This document shows positions 28,601 through 36,726 of a stretch of 64,000 bases of DNA, in pieces. The notes under the pieces are model-generated. The model was not told the origin of the DNA. It worked only from the letters and a program-made list of their open reading frames with translations, and did not search any database. Source of the stretch: Candidatus Staskawiczbacteria bacterium (GTDB taxonomy: Bacteria > Patescibacteriota > Minisyncoccia > Minisyncoccales > Staskawiczbacteraceae). Position 1 is the stretch's first letter. Every line of letters begins with the position of its first letter. Position numbers and translations under genes: made by a program. The stretch lies in assembly GCA_016196125.1 (NCBI GenBank), contig JACPYG010000004.1:138-64137 (forward strand). Reading direction: 5' to 3'.

Positions 28601-28640
28601 TTCTTAATTATTACACGAATTAGAGAAGCAGAACAAGAAT

Positions 28641-28676
28641 AAAAAAATAAGCCCAGGCTCAAAGAACCAAGGCTTT
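28641..28676 (-). terminator. terminator-like hairpin after the small ORF
   Basis: In minus sense AAGCC-N17-GGCUU is followed by AUUUUUUU. Confidence 0.35.
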
Positions 28677-28684
28677 GTTGTTTT

Positions 28685-28813
28685 TCAGCTTTTTTTCACC
28701 TCTTGCATGATGTTCACGGTCAGGTTGAAAAAGTCAGCAACCCAGATTTCTTCTTCTGGGTAACCCACGCTCAACAACCTTTCCGAGAACTGACGAACAA
28801 GGTAGCCGAACAT
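28685..28813 (-). CDS. small GC-rich ORF (42 aa), below the track threshold
   Basis: My translation: MFGYLVRQFSERLLSVGYPEEEIWVADFFNLTVNIMQEVKKS. An AGGGG sits 8 nt upstream. Locally far more GC-rich than its flanks. Confidence 0.3.
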   Translation of the reverse strand: MFGYLVRQFSERLLSVGYPEEEIWVADFFNLTVNIMQEVKKS

Positions 28814-28886
28814 GAATAGCCCCTAATTATTGTTAAAATTTATTAAAAAGGTATAATAAACAAAAAATTATAAATAGACAATCCAT

Positions 28887-29855
28887 ATGAAAGAAGCAAT
28901 TAAAAATTTAAAAAACCAGTTAAAGTTTGAGCCAATAATTGAAAATAAAGAAGAATTGATTTTGACCAAAAATTTTGTTGTCTGTGGAATGGGCGGCTCG
29001 CACTTGGCCGCCGACTTGCTAAAAACATGGAATCCATCGCTTAATTTAACCGTGCACCACGATTATGGGCTTCCATCTTTGGCTGAATTGAATAATTACC
29101 TGATAATCATCAGTTCTTATTCCGGCGACACCGAAGAAGCAATCGACGGTTTTAATGAGTCAATTGCCAAAAACCTTCCCTTGGCTTGCGTTTCTACCGG
29201 AGGCAAATTATTGGAATTGGCAATTGAGCATAAAAAACCATATATAAAAATACCCGATACCGGCATTGAGCCGAGGTCTGCCGTCGGTTTTAGCATCACT
29301 TCCCTGCTGGCTCTTATGAGAGAAGAAAAGGCGCTATTAGAAATTAAAGAAACAGCTGATATTATAGATGTTAATAAAGCCGAAAAAGAAGGCAAACTGC
29401 TTGCTGAAAAGCTAAAAAACTATATACCTTTGATATACTCTTCCACCAAGAATAAGGCAATCGCCAACAACTGGAAAATAAGATTTAACGAAACCGGTAA
29501 AATACCTTCGTTTTATAATACTCTTCCCGAACTAAATCATAATGAAATGGTTGGTTTTGACGGGGGGAAAAAGACCAAAAAACTTTTAGAACATTTTTAT
29601 TTTATATTTTTGCAAGATGATACGGATAATCAAAGAATTTCACTTAGAATAGAAACTCTAAAGGAAATGCTTTCAAAGAGAGGTTTTTTGACGGAAACAT
29701 CATACCTCTCGGGCAATAGCATCTGGGAAAAAATATTTACATCTTTACTGATAGCCGACTGGACATCTTATTACACAGCGGAACAATATGGATTAGAAGC
29801 CCAGGAAACAAAAATTGTAAGCGAATTTAAAAGCATAATAAAAGAGGTTCGTTGA
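28887..29855 (+). CDS. bifunctional phosphoglucose/phosphomannose isomerase (SIS domain)
   Basis: CGMGGSHLAADLL, SYSGDTEE, NHNEMVGF. Ends in TGA. Confidence 0.8.
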   Translation: MKEAIKNLKNQLKFEPIIENKEELILTKNFVVCGMGGSHLAADLLKTWNPSLNLTVHHDYGLPSLAELNNYLIIISSYSGDTEEAIDGFNESIAKNLPLACVSTGGKLLELAIEHKKPYIKIPDTGIEPRSAVGFSITSLLALMREEKALLEIKETADIIDVNKAEKEGKLLAEKLKNYIPLIYSSTKNKAIANNWKIRFNETGKIPSFYNTLPELNHNEMVGFDGGKKTKKLLEHFYFIFLQDDTDNQRISLRIETLKEMLSKRGFLTETSYLSGNSIWEKIFTSLLIADWTSYYTAEQYGLEAQETKIVSEFKSIIKEVR

Positions 29856-30236
29856 TTATTTTATGCTTAACTTTTCTTTTACAAGAGAAACAATCTGGTT
29901 AATATTAACATCAGATTTAACGATATAATCTGTTCCGCTTACGGCTTCAATGGCTTGGCTAATATGTTCCGGGTCATCAAAACCAGTTAAAAACACCATT
30001 TTGGAATTAATGCCTTTTTCTTTTATTTTTTTAGCCATTTCTATGCCATTCATTTGCGGCAACTTGATATCTATAAGTATCAAGTCTGGCTTCTCTTTCC
30101 CCGCTAAAACTAAGCCATCTTCTGCATTTAAAGCATGGATTGTGGAAAATCCATTTGAATTAAAGCCTTGTTCAAGAATCCACAAAAAATTTTTATCATC
30201 TTCCACCAATAAAATTTTTTTGTTTATTTTATCCAT
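29856..30236 (-). CDS. single-domain response regulator (CheY-like receiver)
   Basis: KILLVEDD, DLILIDIKLPQMNG, conserved K (IVKS). Confidence 0.85.
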   Translation of the reverse strand: MDKINKKILLVEDDKNFLWILEQGFNSNGFSTIHALNAEDGLVLAGKEKPDLILIDIKLPQMNGIEMAKKIKEKGINSKMVFLTGFDDPEHISQAIEAVSGTDYIVKSDVNINQIVSLVKEKLSIK

Positions 30237-30245
30237 ATATTTTTT

Positions 30246-30272
30246 CCGCCTTCGCCGGTTGGCGAATGGCGG
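30246..30272. repeat. GC-rich hairpin between the two receiver genes
   Basis: ccgccttcgcc-ggtt-ggcgaatggcgg. It shares the 11-mer ccgccttcgcc with the reverse complement of the thrS GC patch at 7665-7692. Confidence 0.6.
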
Positions 30273-30313
30273 ATTTTAATTTAAGATAAATACTCTTTTA
30301 GGAGTATTTATTT

Positions 30314-30706
30314 TTAAGATAAATACTCTTTTATAAGTTCCAATAACTGCGTTGGGCTTATGTTTGCCTTAATAATGAATTTATCCGGCTTTGCATTACC
30401 TAATTGTTGCATTTGCACATCTTGCTGATTTGTTAAAATAAAAACCTTAATATCTTTGGTTTTTTCATTTTCTTTTATTTGTTTGAAAATCTCTATTCCG
30501 CTGATGTCCGGCAGTATTAAATCTAAAAGCACAATATCTGGCTTTGATTCCGTGTCATCTTCTATATTTTTTATCATGCTCATAACTTCTTGGCCCGAAC
30601 CAAAAACTTTAACATCAAAATTGGCTTTTTTCATTAATGTTTCGTAAATATCAACAATCGCAGGATCGTCCTCCACAAGAATTATTTTTTTTACTTTATT
30701 TGCCAT
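30314..30706 (-). CDS. single-domain response regulator (CheY-like receiver)
   Basis: KIILVEDD, DIVLLDLILPDISG, IIKA. Confidence 0.85.
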   Translation of the reverse strand: MANKVKKIILVEDDPAIVDIYETLMKKANFDVKVFGSGQEVMSMIKNIEDDTESKPDIVLLDLILPDISGIEIFKQIKENEKTKDIKVFILTNQQDVQMQQLGNAKPDKFIIKANISPTQLLELIKEYLS

Positions 30707-30744
30707 ATGGTTTTAGGATACCTTTATTCTAACCCATTTCAATC

Positions 30745-31065
30745 TTACTTGAAAGGATCTGTATAATTTTTATCCAAAGATAATAAATTTTTAAAAATAT
30801 TCTCTCTGTTTTGCCACTCTTCTGCAACCGACCTGTATATGTTTTCTTGAAATTTACTATAAACAGAAGAAATTTCCGGTTCCTGCGCGTCTATTAGCAA
30901 TACATACTTATAAAACAGGAGTCCGCCAATTAATATATCTATTAAAATAAAAACTAAAATGCACAAAAACGCATTTTTTCCCAAAATCCATGGAATCTTT
31001 TTTATATATAAACCTGACGATTCTTTAAAATTATAAAAATGTTTTTTAAAAAATTTTTTCATCAA
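30745..31065 (-). CDS. small membrane protein, unknown function
   Basis: One TM helix (AFLCILVFILIDILIGGLLF). Abuts the pilO stop. Confidence 0.5.
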   Translation of the reverse strand: MMKKFFKKHFYNFKESSGLYIKKIPWILGKNAFLCILVFILIDILIGGLLFYKYVLLIDAQEPEISSVYSKFQENIYRSVAEEWQNRENIFKNLLSLDKNYTDPFK

Positions 31066-31548
31066 TTATTTGGTAACAGCTTCTACTAAAAAATTAAAAT
31101 CAACTGTCGGCTCTTGCGGCGACTTTTTAATTGTTAAGTCCTTTATTCTCATCAAATACGGACTTGCGTCCAATTTTTCAGAAAATTTCAATATATTTAA
31201 AAACTGTCCGGTGCCGTAGATGCTGGATATGGCAACCGGCAAGTTGTTAAAACCTTCTTTCGATAAAGAAATATCCAATTTGACATCTGTGCCAATCCCC
31301 GAATCATTGGCGGTCTTTTCTAAAAATTCAATGAAGTTGACCGGATCTTTAGAATCAACAAATAATTGATCAACTTTTTCTAAATTATAACTATAATTAT
31401 TGTATTTTTTTTTGAAATTATTCAATTCCATATTTTGCTCATTAAGGGAAATTACCTTGCTCTTGCTCAAAAAGATTTCTTTGGAAATATTTTTAACATC
31501 TCTTAGAGCCGGATATATCAAAAACACAATTATAAACAAAGATATCAA
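31066..31548 (-). CDS. pilO: type IV pilus assembly protein PilO-like
   Basis: N-terminal TM helix, coiled region and C-terminal ferredoxin-like part, positioned after pilN. Confidence 0.6.
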   Translation of the reverse strand: MISLFIIVFLIYPALRDVKNISKEIFLSKSKVISLNEQNMELNNFKKKYNNYSYNLEKVDQLFVDSKDPVNFIEFLEKTANDSGIGTDVKLDISLSKEGFNNLPVAISSIYGTGQFLNILKFSEKLDASPYLMRIKDLTIKKSPQEPTVDFNFLVEAVTK

Positions 31549-31581
31549 TGAAAAATGGCAATTATTATGTAAATTTTTGTT

Positions 31582-32139
31582 TTATTTTTCGTCATATAAA
31601 AATTCGAATGTTACATAAAAATTTATGTCTGCTGATTTTATCCAGCTATTGGGCGGAAAATAAACATCTTTTATTTTATTATTGCTTTCAATATTATCTT
31701 TAAAGATTAATAAATTATCCCTTGTGTCGCTTTGACCAGAAATATTGACTTTTATTTTATTATCTTTTTCATCAACATTTATGGAAACATCATTAAAAAA
31801 CAATCCATCCGGCCTTTGAATATCTAAAATAGTTTTTATCACATTGCTAAAATATACTTCTTTTTTGTAAAAAGTGTCAGCTTTGATTAACCCCTCGTTA
31901 TATTTTTTAACAATACTGCCATAGGATAAAAAGTCAGAAGTTTCATATTTTGCTTCGACGCTACCTAAAACACTTTTTTGATAGCTCATCTGCCCTAAAA
32001 TATAAAACTTTAATGAAAATAAAACCAAGGCCAAATAAACCAAAGGAATTATTATTATGTATCCTAAAATTATAGTCAGCTTTTTATTTCTTTCCAATGA
32101 CAATTTTTCTTTTTCTTTTGGCGGTAAAAGATTAATCAT
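31582..32139 (-). CDS. pilN: type IV pilus assembly protein PilN
   Basis: MINLLPPKEKEK N-terminus followed by a TM helix. Confidence 0.7.
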   Translation of the reverse strand: MINLLPPKEKEKLSLERNKKLTIILGYIIIIPLVYLALVLFSLKFYILGQMSYQKSVLGSVEAKYETSDFLSYGSIVKKYNEGLIKADTFYKKEVYFSNVIKTILDIQRPDGLFFNDVSINVDEKDNKIKVNISGQSDTRDNLLIFKDNIESNNKIKDVYFPPNSWIKSADINFYVTFEFLYDEK

Positions 32140-32140
32140 A

Positions 32141-33223
32141 TTAATTATCTATTTGCTCGCTAGCCCCGCGCAATGCCAATCCCAAAGCGGCGGTAAACGA
32201 AAGTATATTTTCGGGCGGAAAAAATTTCTTTTTCGGCTGGATAATATTGGAAAACGGATTTCCAAGTTCTACTTTAATTTTTAATTCTTCGGAAAGAAAA
32301 TCTGATATATTTTTTAAATTTGCCCCGCCGCCCGATAAAATAATTTTTTCTATTTTGCCGTCGTATGGAAAATATTCATGATTTGAATGTCCATGATAAA
32401 AATCTATATATTTTTTAATTTGGCTTGCCAAGTCAAGTAAAATCGGCTCTATGATTTTATCAATACTATGATGTTTTTTATCCAAACCATGTTTGACTTT
32501 TAATATTTCGGCATCATGCAAATTAATGCCTAAACTGTCAGAAATAGCATTTGTCAGCTGTTGGGAAGAAATGGGAATTGAACATGTAAAACGTATGGAG
32601 CCGTCGGAAAAAATAATAAAACCGGTGCTGTCGTACCCTAAATCAATAAGAATTACGGAAGAAGCAGTTTTTTCGTTTTTCAACAAAGCTCTGGCAATGG
32701 CCTGTGATTCTACTTCTAAAACGCAAGGTATGAGACCCGCATTCTTAAAAGACAAAACATAAGAATCAATTATGGATTTTGGCATTACGTTAACTAATAA
32801 ACCCAAGTGCTTTGAATCTTTTTTATGGGCGTCGATAATTTGAAAATCTAAGTATGACTTGTCGATAGCCAGAGGTATGTAGTTTTCCGCCTCAAAAGGC
32901 AAAGCTAATCTTAATTCTTCTTCCGTCATTTTTGGCATCTGGATTAATTGTGAAAAAGATTTTTCTTCCGGCAAAGAAACAATGACATATTTTGTGCCCA
33001 ATTTTTTGCCTTTGACCGTATTACAAGCCATTTTTATAATATTTGCCAAAGATTCTTTATCCTGTATTACCCCCTCTTTTATAACGCCCGGTTTTATCTT
33101 TGCCTCATTAAAAGAAACCAAACTAAAACCTTTTCGCTTTTTTATAAGTTTTATAATTTTTAAAGATGAATCATTGATATCAACTCCGAATATTTCCGGT
33201 TCTAAGTTTAAAAATTTTAGCAT
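32141..33223 (-). CDS. pilM: type IV pilus assembly ATPase-fold protein PilM
   Basis: FGVDINDSSLKIIKL, actin-like fold length (360 aa), C-terminal SGGGANL. Confidence 0.8.
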   Translation of the reverse strand: MLKFLNLEPEIFGVDINDSSLKIIKLIKKRKGFSLVSFNEAKIKPGVIKEGVIQDKESLANIIKMACNTVKGKKLGTKYVIVSLPEEKSFSQLIQMPKMTEEELRLALPFEAENYIPLAIDKSYLDFQIIDAHKKDSKHLGLLVNVMPKSIIDSYVLSFKNAGLIPCVLEVESQAIARALLKNEKTASSVILIDLGYDSTGFIIFSDGSIRFTCSIPISSQQLTNAISDSLGINLHDAEILKVKHGLDKKHHSIDKIIEPILLDLASQIKKYIDFYHGHSNHEYFPYDGKIEKIILSGGGANLKNISDFLSEELKIKVELGNPFSNIIQPKKKFFPPENILSFTAALGLALRGASEQIDN

Positions 33224-33260
33224 TTTGTAATTATAACATTTTTAACAATAAATAATGCTA

Positions 33261-34508
33261 TTATTGTTCTCCCCAGCTTACCACTTTCCATCCGCCAGAC
33301 GGTCCGCTGGAAAAAAATGCGCTTGCCAATCCGCTTTCATAAGTAATTACTGCATTATTGTTCATTATTAATTTATATCCGGTCACCTCACGGGCGGCAA
33401 AAATATTGGAAACTGTAACACCTCCGGCGCTTGTGTAAAAAATTGCTCCAGTTGCGCTATTGCTTACAGTAATGGCAGAATTTGAAGCGTTGGTCGAAAG
33501 AACTAAAAGATAGCTTCCCGCCTGTCCAGACCCTTGCAAAGCGGAGGAATTGCTGGGAGTGATGGTCCCATCAGACAATATGACTCCGCTCAACGAACCA
33601 TAACCGCTGGCAAGTTTTATTTTGGCGCTGTTGCTTACGGTAATATTGCCTGTTACATAAACGGTTCCGGTCAAAGTGAGAATGGCGCTGTTGCTGACAG
33701 ATAAGTTTCCATTAATTTTTTTTGGGCCTAATGACATCGTTTGGGTACCAGAAAGGGTAACACTGCCGATGATTCCTCCGTCTTCTGCATCGTTTTTCCA
33801 GCCATCAATCTGGCTTTGGGAAATAGGCAAAGGTTGCGACGGTATCTCGGCGGATTGGATAGAAGTTGTGCCGCCAACCGTACAGGTATTAGTACCGCCT
33901 GTAACATAAGTTAAATTTCCGTCAATTGTGGAATTTATGCAGCTATATACAAGGGCATTTCCTTTTACATGCATACCGATAATGCTATGGCCATTGCCAG
34001 AAATTATGACATCATTGTCGATTGTTGCGCTGTTTGAGCCTGTAATATTTCCATTAGAAAAAACATTGCCTATTATTCTGCTGCTATTTGACATTTGCAG
34101 CCCTCCCTGCCCTACTTGGGCTCCGTAGAAAAAAGAAACTCCTTGGCCGTCTATGGCATAAACAACCTGTGTTGTTTTAACGACACCGGTATTATTTCCC
34201 TGCGAGCTGATAGACCTTGAACCGCCGATAGTCGCAGGTATGACCACATTGGCTGTAGAATTGTTGATATTTAAATTGTAAGAAATCGGTGACATTTGAG
34301 GATTATTGTTCAAGCGCAATAATGAATCCTCTATTCCCGATTCGGCGGTATAATAAGCCTGAGTTGATTTCACGGCATTAGCGGCGATTTTTTGCCTGTA
34401 AAAAATCAACGAACTCATAGAAATCGCAATGCTTAACATTATTAATAAAATAAAAAATACAATTAAGGTAACAATAAATCCTTTTTGCTTGTTATTTAAG
34501 TTCTTCAT
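33261..34508 (-). CDS. large PilX-like pilin-like protein with beta-helix-like Gly/Ser/Asn repeats
   Basis: N-terminus KQKGFIVTLIVFFILLIMLSIAI (pilin-like helix, no Glu5), then AQAYYTAESG (PilX_N-like). Confidence 0.6.
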   Translation of the reverse strand: MKNLNNKQKGFIVTLIVFFILLIMLSIAISMSSLIFYRQKIAANAVKSTQAYYTAESGIEDSLLRLNNNPQMSPISYNLNINNSTANVVIPATIGGSRSISSQGNNTGVVKTTQVVYAIDGQGVSFFYGAQVGQGGLQMSNSSRIIGNVFSNGNITGSNSATIDNDVIISGNGHSIIGMHVKGNALVYSCINSTIDGNLTYVTGGTNTCTVGGTTSIQSAEIPSQPLPISQSQIDGWKNDAEDGGIIGSVTLSGTQTMSLGPKKINGNLSVSNSAILTLTGTVYVTGNITVSNSAKIKLASGYGSLSGVILSDGTITPSNSSALQGSGQAGSYLLVLSTNASNSAITVSNSATGAIFYTSAGGVTVSNIFAAREVTGYKLIMNNNAVITYESGLASAFFSSGPSGGWKVVSWGEQ

Positions 34509-34517
34509 ATAATTTTT

Positions 34518-34590
34518 ACCCCGTTAGAAGTCTTATTATATTTTCAACACGATAAATTTTTTCTTATTTTATACAGACTTCTAACGGGGT
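34518..34590. repeat. inverted repeat, CCCCGTTAGA family, copy d (arms 34518-34533 and 34575-34590)
   Basis: accccgttagaagtct and agacttctaacggggt form a 16-bp perfect inverted repeat with a 41-nt spacer. It fills the gap between the pilin stop (34590) and the PilX-like start (34508). Confidence 0.85.
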
Positions 34591-35117
34591 TAATAACTTC
34601 TTAAAGAAGCCGTTGAAGTTAAAGTTGTTGATGTATTTGAATGATTTACCGTCAAACTTATTTTAATAGAAGCCGTATCGCCATTTAAAATCTGTGAAAA
34701 TTGCAAATCAGCAACCTGCACTCCGTCTGAAGTTAAAGATACGGGACTTTGAGATTCTTTTTTTAAGCATATAGCCGAACCGCAAAGAAAAAAATCAATA
34801 AAAGTGTTATTTTCACCGTCTGGCAAATACCTCAATGTTTCCAATGAAAGCTGGTTTAACGTGGTCGTAGGGCTATAAACGCTTTTGGCGCCTCTTATTT
34901 CGTAAGTTATTATTTCCAAAGCTCTTCTTGCGTTTTCTCCGGATTCTCTGGCGGCCTTTGTCTTAGAATTAGAATTATTCATCCAAAACAAAGAAGAAAT
35001 AACAGCTAATGAAATAATAGAAAATACTGCAACAAAAACAACAACTTCCACAAGAGTGAGCCCCCCACTCTCTTTTATGTTATTTTGAATTTTTTTTTCG
35101 GAGATATAATAACCCAT
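34590..35117 (-). CDS. type IV pilin / pseudopilin
   Basis: Prepilin signature KESGG-LTLVEVVVFVAV. Confidence 0.8.
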   Translation of the reverse strand: MGYYISEKKIQNNIKESGGLTLVEVVVFVAVFSIISLAVISSLFWMNNSNSKTKAARESGENARRALEIITYEIRGAKSVYSPTTTLNQLSLETLRYLPDGENNTFIDFFLCGSAICLKKESQSPVSLTSDGVQVADLQFSQILNGDTASIKISLTVNHSNTSTTLTSTASLRSY

Positions 35118-35143
35118 GTTTATAATGTTTAGAAAGTGGGGGG
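35061..35143. repeat. inverted repeat, GTGGGGGG family, spanning the pilin start (arms 35061-35073 and 35131-35143)
   Basis: ccccccactctct pairs with agaaagtgggggg at 12 of 13 positions. The ATG at 35117 sits in the 57-nt loop. The downstream arm encodes the SGG-L cleavage motif. Confidence 0.7.
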
Positions 35144-35156
35144 TAAACCCCGCTTT

Positions 35157-35708
35157 TTATTCATGCCAATTAGTAAGATACATAATTACTTTAGATGTTT
35201 TATTTGGCCATGCAACGGTCACGGTAACTTTTATGGTATCTGGGTCATTATGTGATTGGTTGTAATTATCTTCTATATTATTTGTTGCAGGGTCTCTTGA
35301 AACATTATCAAAAACAATTTGTCTCGTAAAAATACCTGTTGTTTCTGTTCCTTGGGCTAAATTCCATTTATTAGGATTTGAACTTGTATCCAAAAAAATA
35401 TGATACGGATTATTGATTCCTTTATTGACCGTGCCCAAACCGTTTACAAACCAATCCGTGCCGTCGCGAAAACTTCTTAGTGATTCAATTTCTTCTTTTA
35501 TTAAAGAATCTGCCTGGTTTGTATTTGTTATTAAAGAAGAAATATTCAACGACATAGTTCCTATGGACACAATGGTAATAAAAACAATGCTGATAATTGC
35601 AATTGATATTAAAATATCCAAAAGAACAAACCCCCTTTTTTTATGGAATATGGAATATAGAAAATAGAAAATAGAATAACAACTGTGATTTTTTGTTATG
35701 TGTTTCAT
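35157..35708 (-). CDS. pseudopilin with an unusually long 25-aa leader
   Basis: KKRG-FVLLDILISIAIISIVFI. The leader is encoded by low-complexity ttctattttctattttctat sequence. Confidence 0.65.
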   Translation of the reverse strand: MKHITKNHSCYSIFYFLYSIFHKKRGFVLLDILISIAIISIVFITIVSIGTMSLNISSLITNTNQADSLIKEEIESLRSFRDGTDWFVNGLGTVNKGINNPYHIFLDTSSNPNKWNLAQGTETTGIFTRQIVFDNVSRDPATNNIEDNYNQSHNDPDTIKVTVTVAWPNKTSKVIMYLTNWHE

Positions 35709-35726
35709 GTTATGTGTTATGTGATA

Positions 35727-36647
35727 TTATTGCCAGACAAAATTTGAAACATAAATAGACGAATTAGCAGTTGTCAGTCCGTCTGCTGAATATTGCGCAA
35801 GATACCCGGAACTGTCTGCAGAAATTGTAATTGTGAGGCTTTTGTCGTTAAATCTCCTGTCTCTGTGAATGCTAAATTGCGTGTCCGGGTTGTTTAATCT
35901 ATTGGTGTGAATTCTTATTGTTTGATTTGCGCCTCCAACATTGATGATTCCCGACCAATCAATCTGTCCCGCAAATAAACTTTGGCTTATTGGAATTGAT
36001 TGTATTGCCTGGCCGCTATTAAAATTCAATACTATATTTTCATTATTAACATCAATTAATCTGCTGTAATCAAATTGCAAGTGCCTTGAATCTTTGACTC
36101 TGTCATCGTCTGACAAAGCCGCAGGAACGTTAAAACTGATTGTGCCGGCATTTGATATATAGGCAGTTTTGATTTGGCTTGTATCTGACTTTAATCTTAA
36201 AGAAACACTGCCTGCCGCTTGGGTCGCGCCGGTCAGCTTATCAAAAACTATTTCATTTGGACCGCCCAGGTCAATCGCAAAAAACTCCACTTTTTCAGAT
36301 AAAAAATAAGTTTGGTCTGCCAAAATATCTCGCAAAGCATAATCAGACCCTTTAAATAATATGTATTTATTAGGTGAAACTGATTGGTCTAAATAAACTC
36401 CGTATTGGCTGTTGTTTTCAGAAGACAAAGTTCTGCTTTGGGCAAGCTTTAAAATATTTGTAAATTCTTGAATTCCATTGTCTAAATCAGATTTATTTTT
36501 AATGTAATAAAAAGAAACGATTGGCGCTGCAATCAAAACAGTTAAAATCAAAATAACAACAATTACTTCAATAAGGGTAAACCCCCCACCACTTTCACTT
36601 GATAATCGAAATTTGTTTTTTTGTTTATTTTCAATTTTAAAAATCAT
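35727..36647 (-). CDS. type IV pilin (major-pilin-sized, 306 aa from ATG 36647)
   Basis: MIFKIENKQKNKFRLSSESGGG-FTLIEVIVVILILTVL. The track ORF extends to 36722. Confidence 0.8.
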   Translation of the reverse strand: MIFKIENKQKNKFRLSSESGGGFTLIEVIVVILILTVLIAAPIVSFYYIKNKSDLDNGIQEFTNILKLAQSRTLSSENNSQYGVYLDQSVSPNKYILFKGSDYALRDILADQTYFLSEKVEFFAIDLGGPNEIVFDKLTGATQAAGSVSLRLKSDTSQIKTAYISNAGTISFNVPAALSDDDRVKDSRHLQFDYSRLIDVNNENIVLNFNSGQAIQSIPISQSLFAGQIDWSGIINVGGANQTIRIHTNRLNNPDTQFSIHRDRRFNDKSLTITISADSSGYLAQYSADGLTTANSSIYVSNFVWQ

Positions 36648-36692
36648 AAATAATTTAACAATTATAGCGTGAAAGTGGTGGGGGGTAAACCC
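36575..36692. repeat. inverted repeat, GTGGGGGG family, spanning the pilin start (arms 36575-36598 and 36669-36692)
   Basis: gggtaaaccccccaccactttcac pairs with gtgaaagtggtggggggtaaaccc at 22 of 24 positions (18 contiguous). The 70-nt spacer holds tataat and the ATG at 36647. Confidence 0.85.
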
Positions 36693-36726
36693 ATTATTCT
36701 TAAGAGAAGAAAAATTCATCATAAAA

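Noticed and set aside
36575-36692. Invertible promoter switch (fimS-like) for the pilin gene, since the inverted repeats flank TATAAT and the ATG.
   Set aside because: The 70-bp invertible segment would be too short for recombinase-mediated inversion as known. No recombinase is nearby. The same repeat core occurs at tmk. I kept it as an RNA-structure or phase-tract hypothesis instead.
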